Assembly (NCBI GenBank): GCA_009787025.1
Contig: WRGT01000071.1
Span: 45 to 64,044 of the forward strand
Length of the DNA stretch: 64,000 bases
Direction of reading: 5' to 3'
Source of the DNA: Spirochaetota bacterium
Lineage (GTDB): Bacteria; Spirochaetota; UBA4802; UBA5550
Part shown: positions 37,895 to 46,790 of the stretch, piece after piece
How the letters are laid out: each line of letters begins with the position of its first letter
Numbering within the stretch: position 1 is the first letter of the stretch
Program-made: the position numbers and the translations under genes
Notes under the pieces: generated by a model
Told to the model about the DNA's origin: nothing
Databases searched by the model: none
The model's input: only the letters and a program-made list of their open reading frames with translations

Positions 37895-37968
37895 CATATT
37901 TTTTCTCTATACATCTCCATTTTAATAATGTCTCAATAGAGATTGGTGTATTTTAACATATTTTTTCT
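37870..37968. repeat. 37-bp direct repeat duplicating the 3' end of the OMP gene
   Basis: CTCAATAGAGATTGGTGTATTTTAACATATTTTTTCT occurs at 37870-37906 and again at 37932-37968. The copies are separated by 25 nt. Confidence 0.9.
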
Positions 37969-38045
37969 ATCAAGCTTTCGGAACTGTAACAGAAATTCCA
38001 TTTTATGCCATTGCTGTACAGGTTAAACAATTAGTTACATAATAC

Positions 38046-38490
38046 GTCATCGCGAGCCGTATTTAAGTTCACAGGTGAGAACAATGTAAACTCGGCGTGG
38101 CGATCCAGAAAGAAAGAATAAGAGAATAAAATGAACAATTCAAAACATGGATATGTATATATTCTCTTTAACAAAAGAAACGGGACATTATATACAGGCG
38201 TTACCTCAAATTTGATAAAGCGTGTATATGAGCATAAAACTAAAGTAAGTGGCAGCTTTACAAGTAAATATGAAATTGATAAGTTAGGCTATTATGAAAC
38301 ACACAGCACCATACTTACAGCGATAGAGCGTGAAAAACAGATAAAAAAAAGTCCAAGAAAAATGAAATTAGCCTTGATAGAAAGTATTAATCCTGAATGG
38401 ATAGACTTGTATAATAAAATCATCTAACTGGATCGCCACGCCGAGTTTACATTGTAGTATTGACAAACTTAAAATCCGGCTCGCGATGAC
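38046..38490. mobile_element. GIY-YIG gene embedded between 63-bp imperfect inverted repeats (putative autonomous member of a repeat family)
   Basis: Arms 38046-38108 and 38428-38490: the terminal 14 nt and inner 28 nt are perfectly complementary. The ORF fills the loop, and the right arm starts at the nucleotide after the stop codon. Confidence 0.7.
38131..38427 (+). CDS. small GIY-YIG (URI-domain) nuclease family protein
   Basis: 98 aa with GYVYILFN ... LYTGVTSNLIKRVYEHK ... EREKQIK, the GIY-YIG motif order. Confidence 0.85.
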   Translation: MNNSKHGYVYILFNKRNGTLYTGVTSNLIKRVYEHKTKVSGSFTSKYEIDKLGYYETHSTILTAIEREKQIKKSPRKMKLALIESINPEWIDLYNKII

Positions 38491-38499
38491 ATCCAAAAC

Positions 38500-40248
38500 A
38501 TGAACAGATATAAACTAACAGATTGGCTTCCTACAACAAAAAAAGAAGCATTGCTTAGAGGATGGGACGATTTAGACGTCGTCTTATTTACAGGCGATGC
38601 ATACATAGACCATCCCTCATTCGGAAGCGCAGTAATAGGACGAATTATTGAGAGCATGGGATTTAAGGTTGCAATGGTGCCTCAACCCAACTGGCAGGAT
38701 GATCTCCGCGACTTTAAAAAGTTTGGCGTACCCAACCTGTTCTTTGCTGTTACATCGGGCTGCATGGATTCCATGATAAATCACTATACTGCAAATAAAC
38801 GATTAAGAAAAGACGACTCATATACTCCCGGCGGTAAAGCAGGATTTAGACCTGACTATGCCGTATCGGTATATTCATCCATTCTAAAAAAACTGTTCCC
38901 CGATGTACCGATTATTGCAGGCGGCGTAGAAGCGTCACTGAGAAGATTTACACACTATGATTATTGGAGCGACTCACTTAAGCCTTCCATAATATCCGAC
39001 GGTTCTATAGACCTTTTAGTATATGGTATGGGAGAAAAACCGATTATTGAACTTCTTGAATTAATGAAAAAGGGCGTGCCGTTTACATCTCTTAAAACAG
39101 TACATCAAACAGCTATAAAAGTACAGAGCCGGGATATGATTCCAATAAATAAAAATTGGGAAGATATGGAATTACACTCTCACGAGGAATGTCTTTTGGA
39201 GAAAAAGAAGTTTGGAGAAAATCACATTATCATTGAGAGATATTCTTTAAATGATAATACAAGGCTTATTCAAAGATACGGAGATTCATATATTATAATA
39301 AATCCAAAACAGAAAGAGTCTCACAGCGACAATATAGATACAGCCTTTGACCTTCCATATACGCGTCTTCCTCACCCTAAATATAAAGATAAGGGCGTTC
39401 CTGCATATGATATGATACGCCATTCAATTACGCTTCACAGGGGATGTTTCGGAGGATGCAGTTTCTGTTCAATAACAATGCACCAAGGTAAAAGAATACT
39501 AAACAGAACAGAAAAATCGATATTGCAAGAATTGAAAAAAATAACGGAACTGGAAGATTTTAAAGGATATATATCAGACATGGGCGGACCAACTGCAAAC
39601 ATGTACATGATGAAAGGCGAAGACCAGTCTAAGTGTAATAAGTGCCTCAAGCCTTCATGTTTGTTCCCGAATATTTGCGGCAATCTTGTTTATGATCATA
39701 AACCGTTAATAGATATATATTCAAAGAGTGAAAAAACTAACGGGGTAAAAAAAATATTCGTATCAAGCGGAATAAGATACGACCTGATACTCAGCTCCGA
39801 CCATAAAAAAAGCGAAAGATATTCATGTATGGAGTACATTGACAGAGTTGTCAGAAACCATACCTCAGGGAGATTAAAAGCCGCTCCAGAGCATACATCC
39901 GACCATGTACTTAAACTTATGAGAAAACCGTCATATACTCTGTTTGAAAAATTCAAATCAATATTTGATAAAATCTCAAAAGAAGCAGGACTAAAGCAGC
40001 AGATCATTCCATACTTCATATCGTCTCATCCCGGATCAAAAATTGAGGATATGGCGGAACTTGTCGCTGTTACAAAAAAGTCAAGGTATAAGTTGGAACA
40101 GGTACAGGACTTTACGCCAACGCCAATGACTCTGTCGTCAACGATTTATTACACAGGGATTGATCCATATACCGGATATGAAGTTTATTCTGCAAAGAGC
40201 AAGAAGGAGAGAGATGCTCAGCGGAGGTTGATTTTTTGGTGGAAATAG
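38500..40248 (+). CDS. ygiQ: YgiQ-family radical SAM protein (UPF0313)
   Basis: N-terminal LPTTKKEALLRGWDDLDVVLFTGDAYIDHPSFG and the CxxxCxxC motif CFGGCSFC. 582 aa. Confidence 0.85.
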   Translation: MNRYKLTDWLPTTKKEALLRGWDDLDVVLFTGDAYIDHPSFGSAVIGRIIESMGFKVAMVPQPNWQDDLRDFKKFGVPNLFFAVTSGCMDSMINHYTANKRLRKDDSYTPGGKAGFRPDYAVSVYSSILKKLFPDVPIIAGGVEASLRRFTHYDYWSDSLKPSIISDGSIDLLVYGMGEKPIIELLELMKKGVPFTSLKTVHQTAIKVQSRDMIPINKNWEDMELHSHEECLLEKKKFGENHIIIERYSLNDNTRLIQRYGDSYIIINPKQKESHSDNIDTAFDLPYTRLPHPKYKDKGVPAYDMIRHSITLHRGCFGGCSFCSITMHQGKRILNRTEKSILQELKKITELEDFKGYISDMGGPTANMYMMKGEDQSKCNKCLKPSCLFPNICGNLVYDHKPLIDIYSKSEKTNGVKKIFVSSGIRYDLILSSDHKKSERYSCMEYIDRVVRNHTSGRLKAAPEHTSDHVLKLMRKPSYTLFEKFKSIFDKISKEAGLKQQIIPYFISSHPGSKIEDMAELVAVTKKSRYKLEQVQDFTPTPMTLSSTIYYTGIDPYTGYEVYSAKSKKERDAQRRLIFWWK

Positions 40249-40308
40249 AATTTTCTCTTGACTTTTGTATATATTCATGTATATACTATTCATAGGAGAA
40301 TTGAAGAG

Positions 40309-40539
40309 ATGCTTACAACAAAAGTTTTCAAAAGTGGGAATAGTCAGGCAATATTTATTCCAAAGGAATACCAAATTGACGCCGACGAGCTATTTATCAA
40401 TAAAATCGGCAATACTATAGTTATTTTCCCAAAAAACGATCCATGGGAAATATTTAAGGAAAGCCTCACTGGTTTTTCGGATGATTATTTTGTTGATGGT
40501 AGAAATCAACCTAAAATACAAGAACGGGAAATAGAATAA
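40309..40539 (+). CDS. vapB: AbrB/SpoVT-type VapB antitoxin
   Basis: MLTTKVFKSGNSQAIFIPKEY, the looped-hinge-helix signature. ATG 40309 follows AGGAG. Overlaps the vapC start. Confidence 0.8.
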   Translation: MLTTKVFKSGNSQAIFIPKEYQIDADELFINKIGNTIVIFPKNDPWEIFKESLTGFSDDYFVDGRNQPKIQEREIE

Positions 40540-40934
40540 TGTATCTATTGGATACAAATATTTGTATTTACATCATAAATAAACGTCCCTCTAAAATAAT
40601 AGATAAAATAAGCAGCTTGAATCCATCAGAAATAAAAATATCATCAATAACCATGGCAGAAATGGAATATGGAGCATCAAAAAGTGACAATCGGGAAATG
40701 AATAGAAACGCATTAACAAGATTTCTGTCATCATTTGAAATTATCAATTTCGATCCAAAAGATGCAGAAATTTATGGAATAATTAGAGCCGAATTAGAAC
40801 GGAGTGGAAATATTATTGGACCATATGATATGCAACTTGCAGCTCAAGCATTAAGATGGGACTATATTTTTGTAACCAATAATACAAAAGAATTTCAAAG
40901 AATCAATAAGTTGAAATTAGAAAATTGGATATAA
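40539..40934 (+). CDS. vapC: PIN-domain VapC toxin
   Basis: MYLLDTNICIYIIN with the first acidic PIN residue, plus later D/E residues. 131 aa. Confidence 0.85.
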   Translation: MYLLDTNICIYIINKRPSKIIDKISSLNPSEIKISSITMAEMEYGASKSDNREMNRNALTRFLSSFEIINFDPKDAEIYGIIRAELERSGNIIGPYDMQLAAQALRWDYIFVTNNTKEFQRINKLKLENWI

Positions 40935-40954
40935 CTCTTGCCCTCTGTTAATTG

Positions 40955-41001
40955 CCTTCATATACTCTGTTTGAAAAATTCAAATCAATATTTGACAAAA
41001 G
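40955..41001. repeat. duplicate of an internal ygiQ segment (39928-39974)
   Basis: 38-nt perfect core TCATATACTCTGTTTGAAAAATTCAAATCAATATTTGA plus flanks (45 of 47 identical). The pair brackets the ygiQ 3' end and vapBC. Confidence 0.9.
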
Positions 41002-41035
41002 TTAATGGAGCAAGCATGGTCGCACCGCTTGGTGT

Positions 41036-41254
41036 TTATTTAGTAAGCTTTTTGATATACTCAGCCAAGAGAAATTCCAAAAAATTTCTTGTATCTTCAT
41101 CGATATTCAGTACAGGCAGGTATTTTTTTAGCAATGTGTAATCTATTCTTTCTTCTTCCTGCAGCCCATAGTTTAATTGCTGTTCTAATTTCCAAATTGC
41201 ATATTGATCGGAATTTTTTTGCAAGCGAGTTGTATCAGTTGACCAGTTGCGCAT
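41036..41254 (-). CDS. small conserved-looking hypothetical protein
   Basis: 72 aa. No motif could be assigned confidently. Confidence 0.35.
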   Translation of the reverse strand: MRNWSTDTTRLQKNSDQYAIWKLEQQLNYGLQEEERIDYTLLKKYLPVLNIDEDTRNFLEFLLAEYIKKLTK

Positions 41255-41439
41255 AATACTTAAATTTACTCCACACTTCGCATACTATTAGCGACAGGTG
41301 CGAAACCTCCTGATTTTAGTATATTATCGTTGTCCGGATAATAAAAAATGTCAATAAAAATTTTTCTCTTAATATTATTATAATGGTTAAAGACACATAG
41401 ATCTAAGCCTATGGTCATCTAATCATTAACCATTAACCG

Positions 41440-42492
41440 CTAACAACCCCCATATCTAAATTCAAACACCATATTCCAGAACCATTTTTTCTCTGTCGGA
41501 TTTTCATTGTATTGTATAAAACAGTTGTCTCCATTGATCTTATCAAGCTCTATCTCGCATTCCCCATATTTTACAAGCTCGTCTCTTACTCTATTTAATA
41601 ACGGCAATGGCGAGACTATGGGTATATCTGAAATTATCTTTAATCCGTCAAATCTTTGCTCTGGTAAAATTTTCTTTATCCCATCTTTCTTTTTTATTGA
41701 TGCAATCTTTTTAAAGATATCATCATTTGAAGCGCCGCAGTATATAAAAAATTCATCTTTAGACTTATTGTCTGATGAATAAGAGAGTAATAATAAAAAT
41801 ATCCCTTTAGGCTCAACTTTCGGGAATAGAACGGGAATATCCTTTAATGACTCAATCTCCAAATCTTCATTATACCGAACGGCAAATGCTCTTATATCAA
41901 TCTTATCCTTATAAAAATTCAGCGTTTCATAAAATTTAAAATCAGTGTGGTAGTTTGGAATAAATTTTTCAATAGAGCTCTTTAAGACAAAAAAAATTAA
42001 TTTACCCTTTCCCGAATCTGCAAGCGCTCTTATATGCTTAGCCGCCCTTGAACTTACGGCATCAGGGAATGAACCTATGCTTTTATAAAACAGTGTACAT
42101 GACTTAATCTCAATAAAGAAATCTTTATCATTAAATCCCACATGAAAATCGAATCTATGATTCTCATACGCCGGTTCTTTTTTTATTATATCATATTGAA
42201 TAAGCTCCGGGACTTTTCTCTCTTCAAAGAGCTTATACATAAGTTTATTGCTATATGCCGAATCTATCATCACAGGGAACGAATCATCTATTATATAAAG
42301 TATTTTGTATTTAAACTTCGTGTTAATCTCAGAGAGAAGGACCTCGGTTCTCGGAAGGGCAAGTTCTGACAAGCGTCCAGTATTTGGCACATATACTCTG
42401 ATCCTCTCGCCGTTTAAAGAAACCTCTGCAACAAATCTATTGACCCTCTTTATCAGAACAGCTTTGATTAGATGTTTAGGATATGTTATCAT
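41440..42492 (-). CDS. sfsA: SfsA-family nuclease-like protein with a ~120-aa C-terminal extension
   Basis: N-terminal KRVNRFVAEVSLNGERIRVYVPNTGRLSEL matches SfsA. It is 350 aa, against about 230 aa as I recall for typical SfsA proteins. Confidence 0.8.
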   Translation of the reverse strand: MITYPKHLIKAVLIKRVNRFVAEVSLNGERIRVYVPNTGRLSELALPRTEVLLSEINTKFKYKILYIIDDSFPVMIDSAYSNKLMYKLFEERKVPELIQYDIIKKEPAYENHRFDFHVGFNDKDFFIEIKSCTLFYKSIGSFPDAVSSRAAKHIRALADSGKGKLIFFVLKSSIEKFIPNYHTDFKFYETLNFYKDKIDIRAFAVRYNEDLEIESLKDIPVLFPKVEPKGIFLLLLSYSSDNKSKDEFFIYCGASNDDIFKKIASIKKKDGIKKILPEQRFDGLKIISDIPIVSPLPLLNRVRDELVKYGECEIELDKINGDNCFIQYNENPTEKKWFWNMVFEFRYGGC

Positions 42493-42581
42493 TGTCGGAA
42501 CAGATTGCAGTTGTTAGGGCACAAAATTTTGCGCCCTTACTGATGTCTGCACTGTGTATTATGAAACAATGTGAACCGCCC

Positions 42582-43361
42582 TTATCTATCGTAAAAAACC
42601 GGTTTTCTCTTTTCAATGAATGCGTTTACAGCCTCATTCTTGTCTTCGGTGCTGAAACAGTAAATGGACTGCGCCTGTTCAAACATAAGCGCTGCATAAG
42701 TATTCCCTTCGGCAGCAACATTGACTCCTATCTTGCCGAATCTTATTGCAGACGGAGGGAGGTTTGATATTCTTTTTGCTAATTGAAGCGCTTTTCCGTC
42801 AAGTTCTTCAGGTTTAACAAGATACTCAACAAGTCCTATCCTGTATGATTCGGCAGCATCTATCATCTCCGTACAGAGTATAAGTTTTTTTGCCTGACCA
42901 ATTCCAACAAGCTTTGTTAATCTTGTAGTACCCGTTTGATCTGCAGTTAATCCGAATTTTACCTCAGGCAGCGCCAATGTAGCTCCCTCTGCTGCAATCC
43001 TTATATCACAGCTTAGAGCTAATTCAAGTCCGCCGCCAAGGCAGAATCCCTTAATTGCAGCAATAACAGGTATGTTTATCTCTTGAAATCTGCTGAATGT
43101 TCTTTGTAAAAAGTTAAGCTTATCCTTTACAAATCTTGCATCAACTGTTTTTAAAAGCGCCAGGTCCACACCGGCAGAGAAATGCGCGCCTGACGAACAG
43201 ACAATAACTGCTCTGAGCTGGTTATCTTTGGATATCTCCTCTTGAAGATCGGCAAGGGTCGTAACAAAATCTGAGCTCATGAGATTAAGACCGGCAGGAT
43301 CGCAAAAAGTTATTGTGGCTATATGGCCGTCTTTAGTAAGCTTCATTACAGGTTCGCTCAT
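42582..43361 (-). CDS. enoyl-CoA hydratase/isomerase (crotonase) family protein
   Basis: FSAGVDL and GFCLGGGLELALSCD motifs. Confidence 0.88.
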   Translation of the reverse strand: MSEPVMKLTKDGHIATITFCDPAGLNLMSSDFVTTLADLQEEISKDNQLRAVIVCSSGAHFSAGVDLALLKTVDARFVKDKLNFLQRTFSRFQEINIPVIAAIKGFCLGGGLELALSCDIRIAAEGATLALPEVKFGLTADQTGTTRLTKLVGIGQAKKLILCTEMIDAAESYRIGLVEYLVKPEELDGKALQLAKRISNLPPSAIRFGKIGVNVAAEGNTYAALMFEQAQSIYCFSTEDKNEAVNAFIEKRKPVFYDR

Positions 43362-43514
43362 AAAATTACCTCTTTATTTTATAATTCAACACGAATCTTG
43401 TAGATCGTTTTGGATAGATTACATGTTAAATGATTTTAATCAATATACAAGAAATAAAAATTATTATTTCAATTTTTTTATCTATAATTTTTTTATATTT
43501 AATGCGACATAATA

Positions 43515-44024
43515 TTAATTTTTGCCCTTCTTAAACAATCTCTGCCAGTAAGATATTTCCTCTTCGCTGACCAATGGATTTTCTTTTTCAACGCTTACCC
43601 GTTTAAGTTCCTGTTCCTCTAAAAATTCAAGCTTTGCCGAGTTCATCAAATCTGCAAATCTTTCACTGGTAATATTTTTTGCGCCGAATCTGTTTATGTA
43701 AAATATAATATCCTTATCAGATGTAACAACAGTTGTCATTTTCGGATTTATATCCTTCTTTATAAACTGCTTAATTAAATAATCGGCAGAATAATCCAAA
43801 GAGTAGTAAACATCAATCTTCCCGACTTTTTCACTGACTGTTTCAACACTCTTATCTTTTTTCCCGTCAAAAACTACACGTATTGCAGTTTTCTTAATAT
43901 TTTGATATTCTCTGAGCTTATCTAATAATCCTGCCCGCGCAGAGTTGAGTTGGCTGTAATACATCTTTGCTTCCAAGTCGGGAAACTTATATATAAGGTT
44001 AAAACCATCAATTAAAAGCGACAC
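43515..44024 (-). CDS. NYN-domain (YacP/Rae1-like) ribonuclease
   Basis: N-terminus LLIDGFNLIY. 169 aa. Follows tatD and the GNAT gene. Confidence 0.65.
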   Translation of the reverse strand: MSLLIDGFNLIYKFPDLEAKMYYSQLNSARAGLLDKLREYQNIKKTAIRVVFDGKKDKSVETVSEKVGKIDVYYSLDYSADYLIKQFIKKDINPKMTTVVTSDKDIIFYINRFGAKNITSERFADLMNSAKLEFLEEQELKRVSVEKENPLVSEEEISYWQRLFKKGKN

Positions 44025-44074
44025 AGCAATCCCTCATAGTTATTCTTCGCATATAAAATTCTATCTATCAAGTT

Positions 44075-44094
44075 CTATCTATCTATCTATCTAT
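44075..44094. repeat. tetranucleotide microsatellite (CTAT)5
   Basis: Read directly. It overlaps the GNAT stop codon, and two more units lie at 44061-44068. Confidence 0.9.
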
Positions 44095-44518
44095 GAAATT
44101 CAACATAAGTTTCTTTTACGGAAAACCCGTTATTAGAAAAAAAATTTACAATTTTATAACTATTCTTTAACGGAGACGTTAAAAATTTTTCAACGCCTTT
44201 CTCTTTTGAAGCTGCAACAGATAATCGCAGCAGCTCGCTCCCAATTCCGTTTTTTCTAAAACTCTCATTAACCATAATCCAATAAAGATGCGATTTTTCA
44301 TTTTCTATTGAACTAAAAATAAATCCGATAACCTTTTTTTTTCTCAGAACAGCAAAGCATATTGCCCCTTCCGACACAAATACATCAGCAATATTCTCAC
44401 TATTCCATGCAAAGGGCAGACCGGTAAACTCCGGTTCGTTTAAACCTTCCAAATATATTGAATGAAGATCTTCCTCTGTAACTTTTCTAAAAATAATATC
44501 CTTTTGCGGCTTTATCAC
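44087..44518 (-). CDS. GNAT-family N-acetyltransferase
   Basis: Acetyl-CoA motif FRKNGIGSELL. 143 aa. Confidence 0.8.
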   Translation of the reverse strand: MIKPQKDIIFRKVTEEDLHSIYLEGLNEPEFTGLPFAWNSENIADVFVSEGAICFAVLRKKKVIGFIFSSIENEKSHLYWIMVNESFRKNGIGSELLRLSVAASKEKGVEKFLTSPLKNSYKIVNFFSNNGFSVKETYVEFHR

Positions 44519-45300
44519 TGACCTATCAACCTTACGAAATTTTCTGTTATAGATTCTTCAAGTTTAGGAAGAGATACCTTCTTAGAATTTGCAACGAATT
44601 TATAAGTATGCTTTACCATTTCGGGCAGATTTGACTTCCCTCTTTCGGGCTCAGGCGTTAAAAACGGAGAATCCGTCTCTAATAAAAGTCTATCAAGCGG
44701 AACATATTTTACAGCATCATGTAATTCAACGGCTTTCTTATAAGTTACGTTCCCTGCAAAGGATAATACAAAGCCCATGTCTAATACGAGTTTAGCAGCT
44801 TTAGAATCTCCTGCAAAACAATGCATTATTCCGTAATAATATTTTTTATCCTTTAAAATCCGAATTGTCTCATCCATAGCGTCACGGCAATGTATAATTA
44901 ATGGAAGTTTATGCTTCTTTGCAATATCTATCTGCGCTTCAAATGAAGCCTTTTGCATCTCCTCAGGCTGATGCATTCTATAATAATCCAGCCCGCATTC
45001 TCCAATCCCAAGCAGCAGTTTACTAAACTTACCCTTCATTTCACTATCCGCAAAATCTGACAGAGTCTTTAATTCATTCTCCGTTGCTTTTGATGAAGGA
45101 TGTATCCCCAGAGTATAAAAAATTCCGGCTTCGGAATTTCTCTTTGCAAAGTCCCTTGACCATATAAAATCCCTTTCTTCAACAGAGACCTGTACGGCAT
45201 ACTCCATATTATTATATTTAAGAGACCTTAAAATATCCTCTTCGGATTTTGTTTTATCTTTTAATATCATATTAAAATGTACGTGTGAATCTATAATCAT
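44515..45300 (-). CDS. tatD: TatD-family metal-dependent hydrolase/DNase
   Basis: N-terminus IIDSHVHF. 261 aa. Confidence 0.88.
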   Translation of the reverse strand: MIIDSHVHFNMILKDKTKSEEDILRSLKYNNMEYAVQVSVEERDFIWSRDFAKRNSEAGIFYTLGIHPSSKATENELKTLSDFADSEMKGKFSKLLLGIGECGLDYYRMHQPEEMQKASFEAQIDIAKKHKLPLIIHCRDAMDETIRILKDKKYYYGIMHCFAGDSKAAKLVLDMGFVLSFAGNVTYKKAVELHDAVKYVPLDRLLLETDSPFLTPEPERGKSNLPEMVKHTYKFVANSKKVSLPKLEESITENFVRLIGQ

Positions 45301-45324
45301 TATTAATCCTTTTGATCCGTCCTA

Positions 45325-45699
45325 TTATGCGAAGTCGCGCTTTCTATTTATATAGTCTTTTAGTTCTTCAATGTTTTCCAATTCTTTTAATAATTCCTGT
45401 ATGGAATTTTTGGATATTGCCCATATCCTTTCTGCCAATATTTCTCCATAGTCATGTGCCAATTTATTCCTTAATCCTATTATATTCCCCCACGGTATAT
45501 TTACCATATTATCTTGAGTCTCTTTACTTATTTTATTAGCGGCTTGTCCTATAATTTCCAATTCTCTTTCTACCGCCAATTTTCGCATTTTGTCTTTTTC
45601 AAATTCATAAAATCCTATTCCTTTTGTGAATTCTTCAATATCCATAATGCAATCAACAATATCTATAAAAAATGATAAATCATTTTCACTAAGCAACAT
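45325..45699 (-). CDS. hepT: HepT (DUF86, HEPN-type) toxin
   Basis: Rx4-6H motif RNKLAHDY. Overlaps the upstream MNT gene. Confidence 0.8.
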   Translation of the reverse strand: MLLSENDLSFFIDIVDCIMDIEEFTKGIGFYEFEKDKMRKLAVERELEIIGQAANKISKETQDNMVNIPWGNIIGLRNKLAHDYGEILAERIWAISKNSIQELLKELENIEELKDYINRKRDFA

Positions 45700-46012
45700 A
45701 TATTATTTCCCGTGTTGACAGTATTCTTTTTTTCCGTATAGGATTTTTCAAAGATTCTTTTTCTACAATATCAACTTCCCGATTTAGTAATAGGGAAAAT
45801 TCTTTTTCCAATTCCATTATATCAAACAAAGTTATTTTTGAATTATGCTCAAATGATACAAGAATATCTACATCACTGTTTTGTGTAAAATCATCCCGAA
45901 TTGATGAACCAAATATTGACAATTCGATTATATAATATTTTTTACATAAATTTACTATATCATTATAATTAAAAAGAATACCTTTTTTCTGTAACTTTTT
46001 TATTGTTTCCAT
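45689..46012 (-). CDS. mntA: MNT nucleotidyltransferase antitoxin
   Basis: IFGSSIRDDFTQNSDVDILV (the GSxxR...DxD motif). Confidence 0.8.
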   Translation of the reverse strand: METIKKLQKKGILFNYNDIVNLCKKYYIIELSIFGSSIRDDFTQNSDVDILVSFEHNSKITLFDIMELEKEFSLLLNREVDIVEKESLKNPIRKKRILSTREIIYVA

Positions 46013-46198
46013 AATAATCCTATTGAAAAAATTTTCATCGGTCTCATCCTGTTTTTCTCATGCAATCATCCTCCAGTCATTGGGAAACAATAATACAGTT
46101 CATTATTAAAAACTCCTCCCTCATCAGACCGGAACGGATTATAGTAAACTATACAATGTGTCTCTCACAAAATGAGCATCTTATCTCTCAAGCCTAAC

Positions 46199-46678
46199 CT
46201 ACGCTTTTGCTTTCGCCTTTGATAATTCCATGCGCATTCTCTTTCTCTCTTGCGCTTCGTTATTTCTTCTTTTTTCTTCATCAGTCTCTATAATAATCTG
46301 ATTTATTGTTTTAGGCTTATGATTTTCATCAAGGGCAACAAATGTTAAATATGCAGAACCTGTATGCCTCACATTTCCAGTAACGACATCCTCAGCTTCC
46401 ACTCTTACGCCGATCTCCATAGACGTTTTCCCTACATAATTGATGCTTGCGCTTACTCTTAAAAGATTGCCAATATATACGGGAGAATGAAAATCCACTC
46501 TGTCAATAGATGCCGTAACAACATTCGCACCTGTATGCCTCATTCCTACTACGCCTGCAGTATTGTCAATGAGCTTTAAGATAACGCCTCCATGAACATT
46601 ACCTGCCAAGTTGGCATCCTGCTGAGTCATCTGCTGAACTACAGTAACGCTGGTTGCTTTCACTTTTTTGCTTTCCAT
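46199..46678 (-). CDS. hotdog-fold acyl-CoA thioesterase
   Basis: NLAGNVHGGVILKLID motif. Start set at ATG 46678 after GAGG. Confidence 0.8.
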   Translation of the reverse strand: MESKKVKATSVTVVQQMTQQDANLAGNVHGGVILKLIDNTAGVVGMRHTGANVVTASIDRVDFHSPVYIGNLLRVSASINYVGKTSMEIGVRVEAEDVVTGNVRHTGSAYLTFVALDENHKPKTINQIIIETDEEKRRNNEAQERKRMRMELSKAKAKA

Positions 46679-46790
46679 AATAAACCTCAAAAAAATTATT
46701 TAAATTTTGAATATATTATCTCATTATAAATATAATAAGTATGAGAATATTTGTCAATAAATATTGAGAGAGAAAAAGCGGATTAATTCA

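Noticed and set aside
40938-41141. Track ORF of 67 aa after vapC.
   Set aside because: It begins inside the duplicated ygiQ fragment, overlaps the convergent 41036-41254 ORF, and has no SD or motif. It is most likely non-coding scar sequence.
42483-42767. 94-aa plus-strand ORF between sfsA and the crotonase gene.
   Set aside because: It largely overlaps the 3' part of the well-supported crotonase gene on the opposite strand, and it has no SD or motif.
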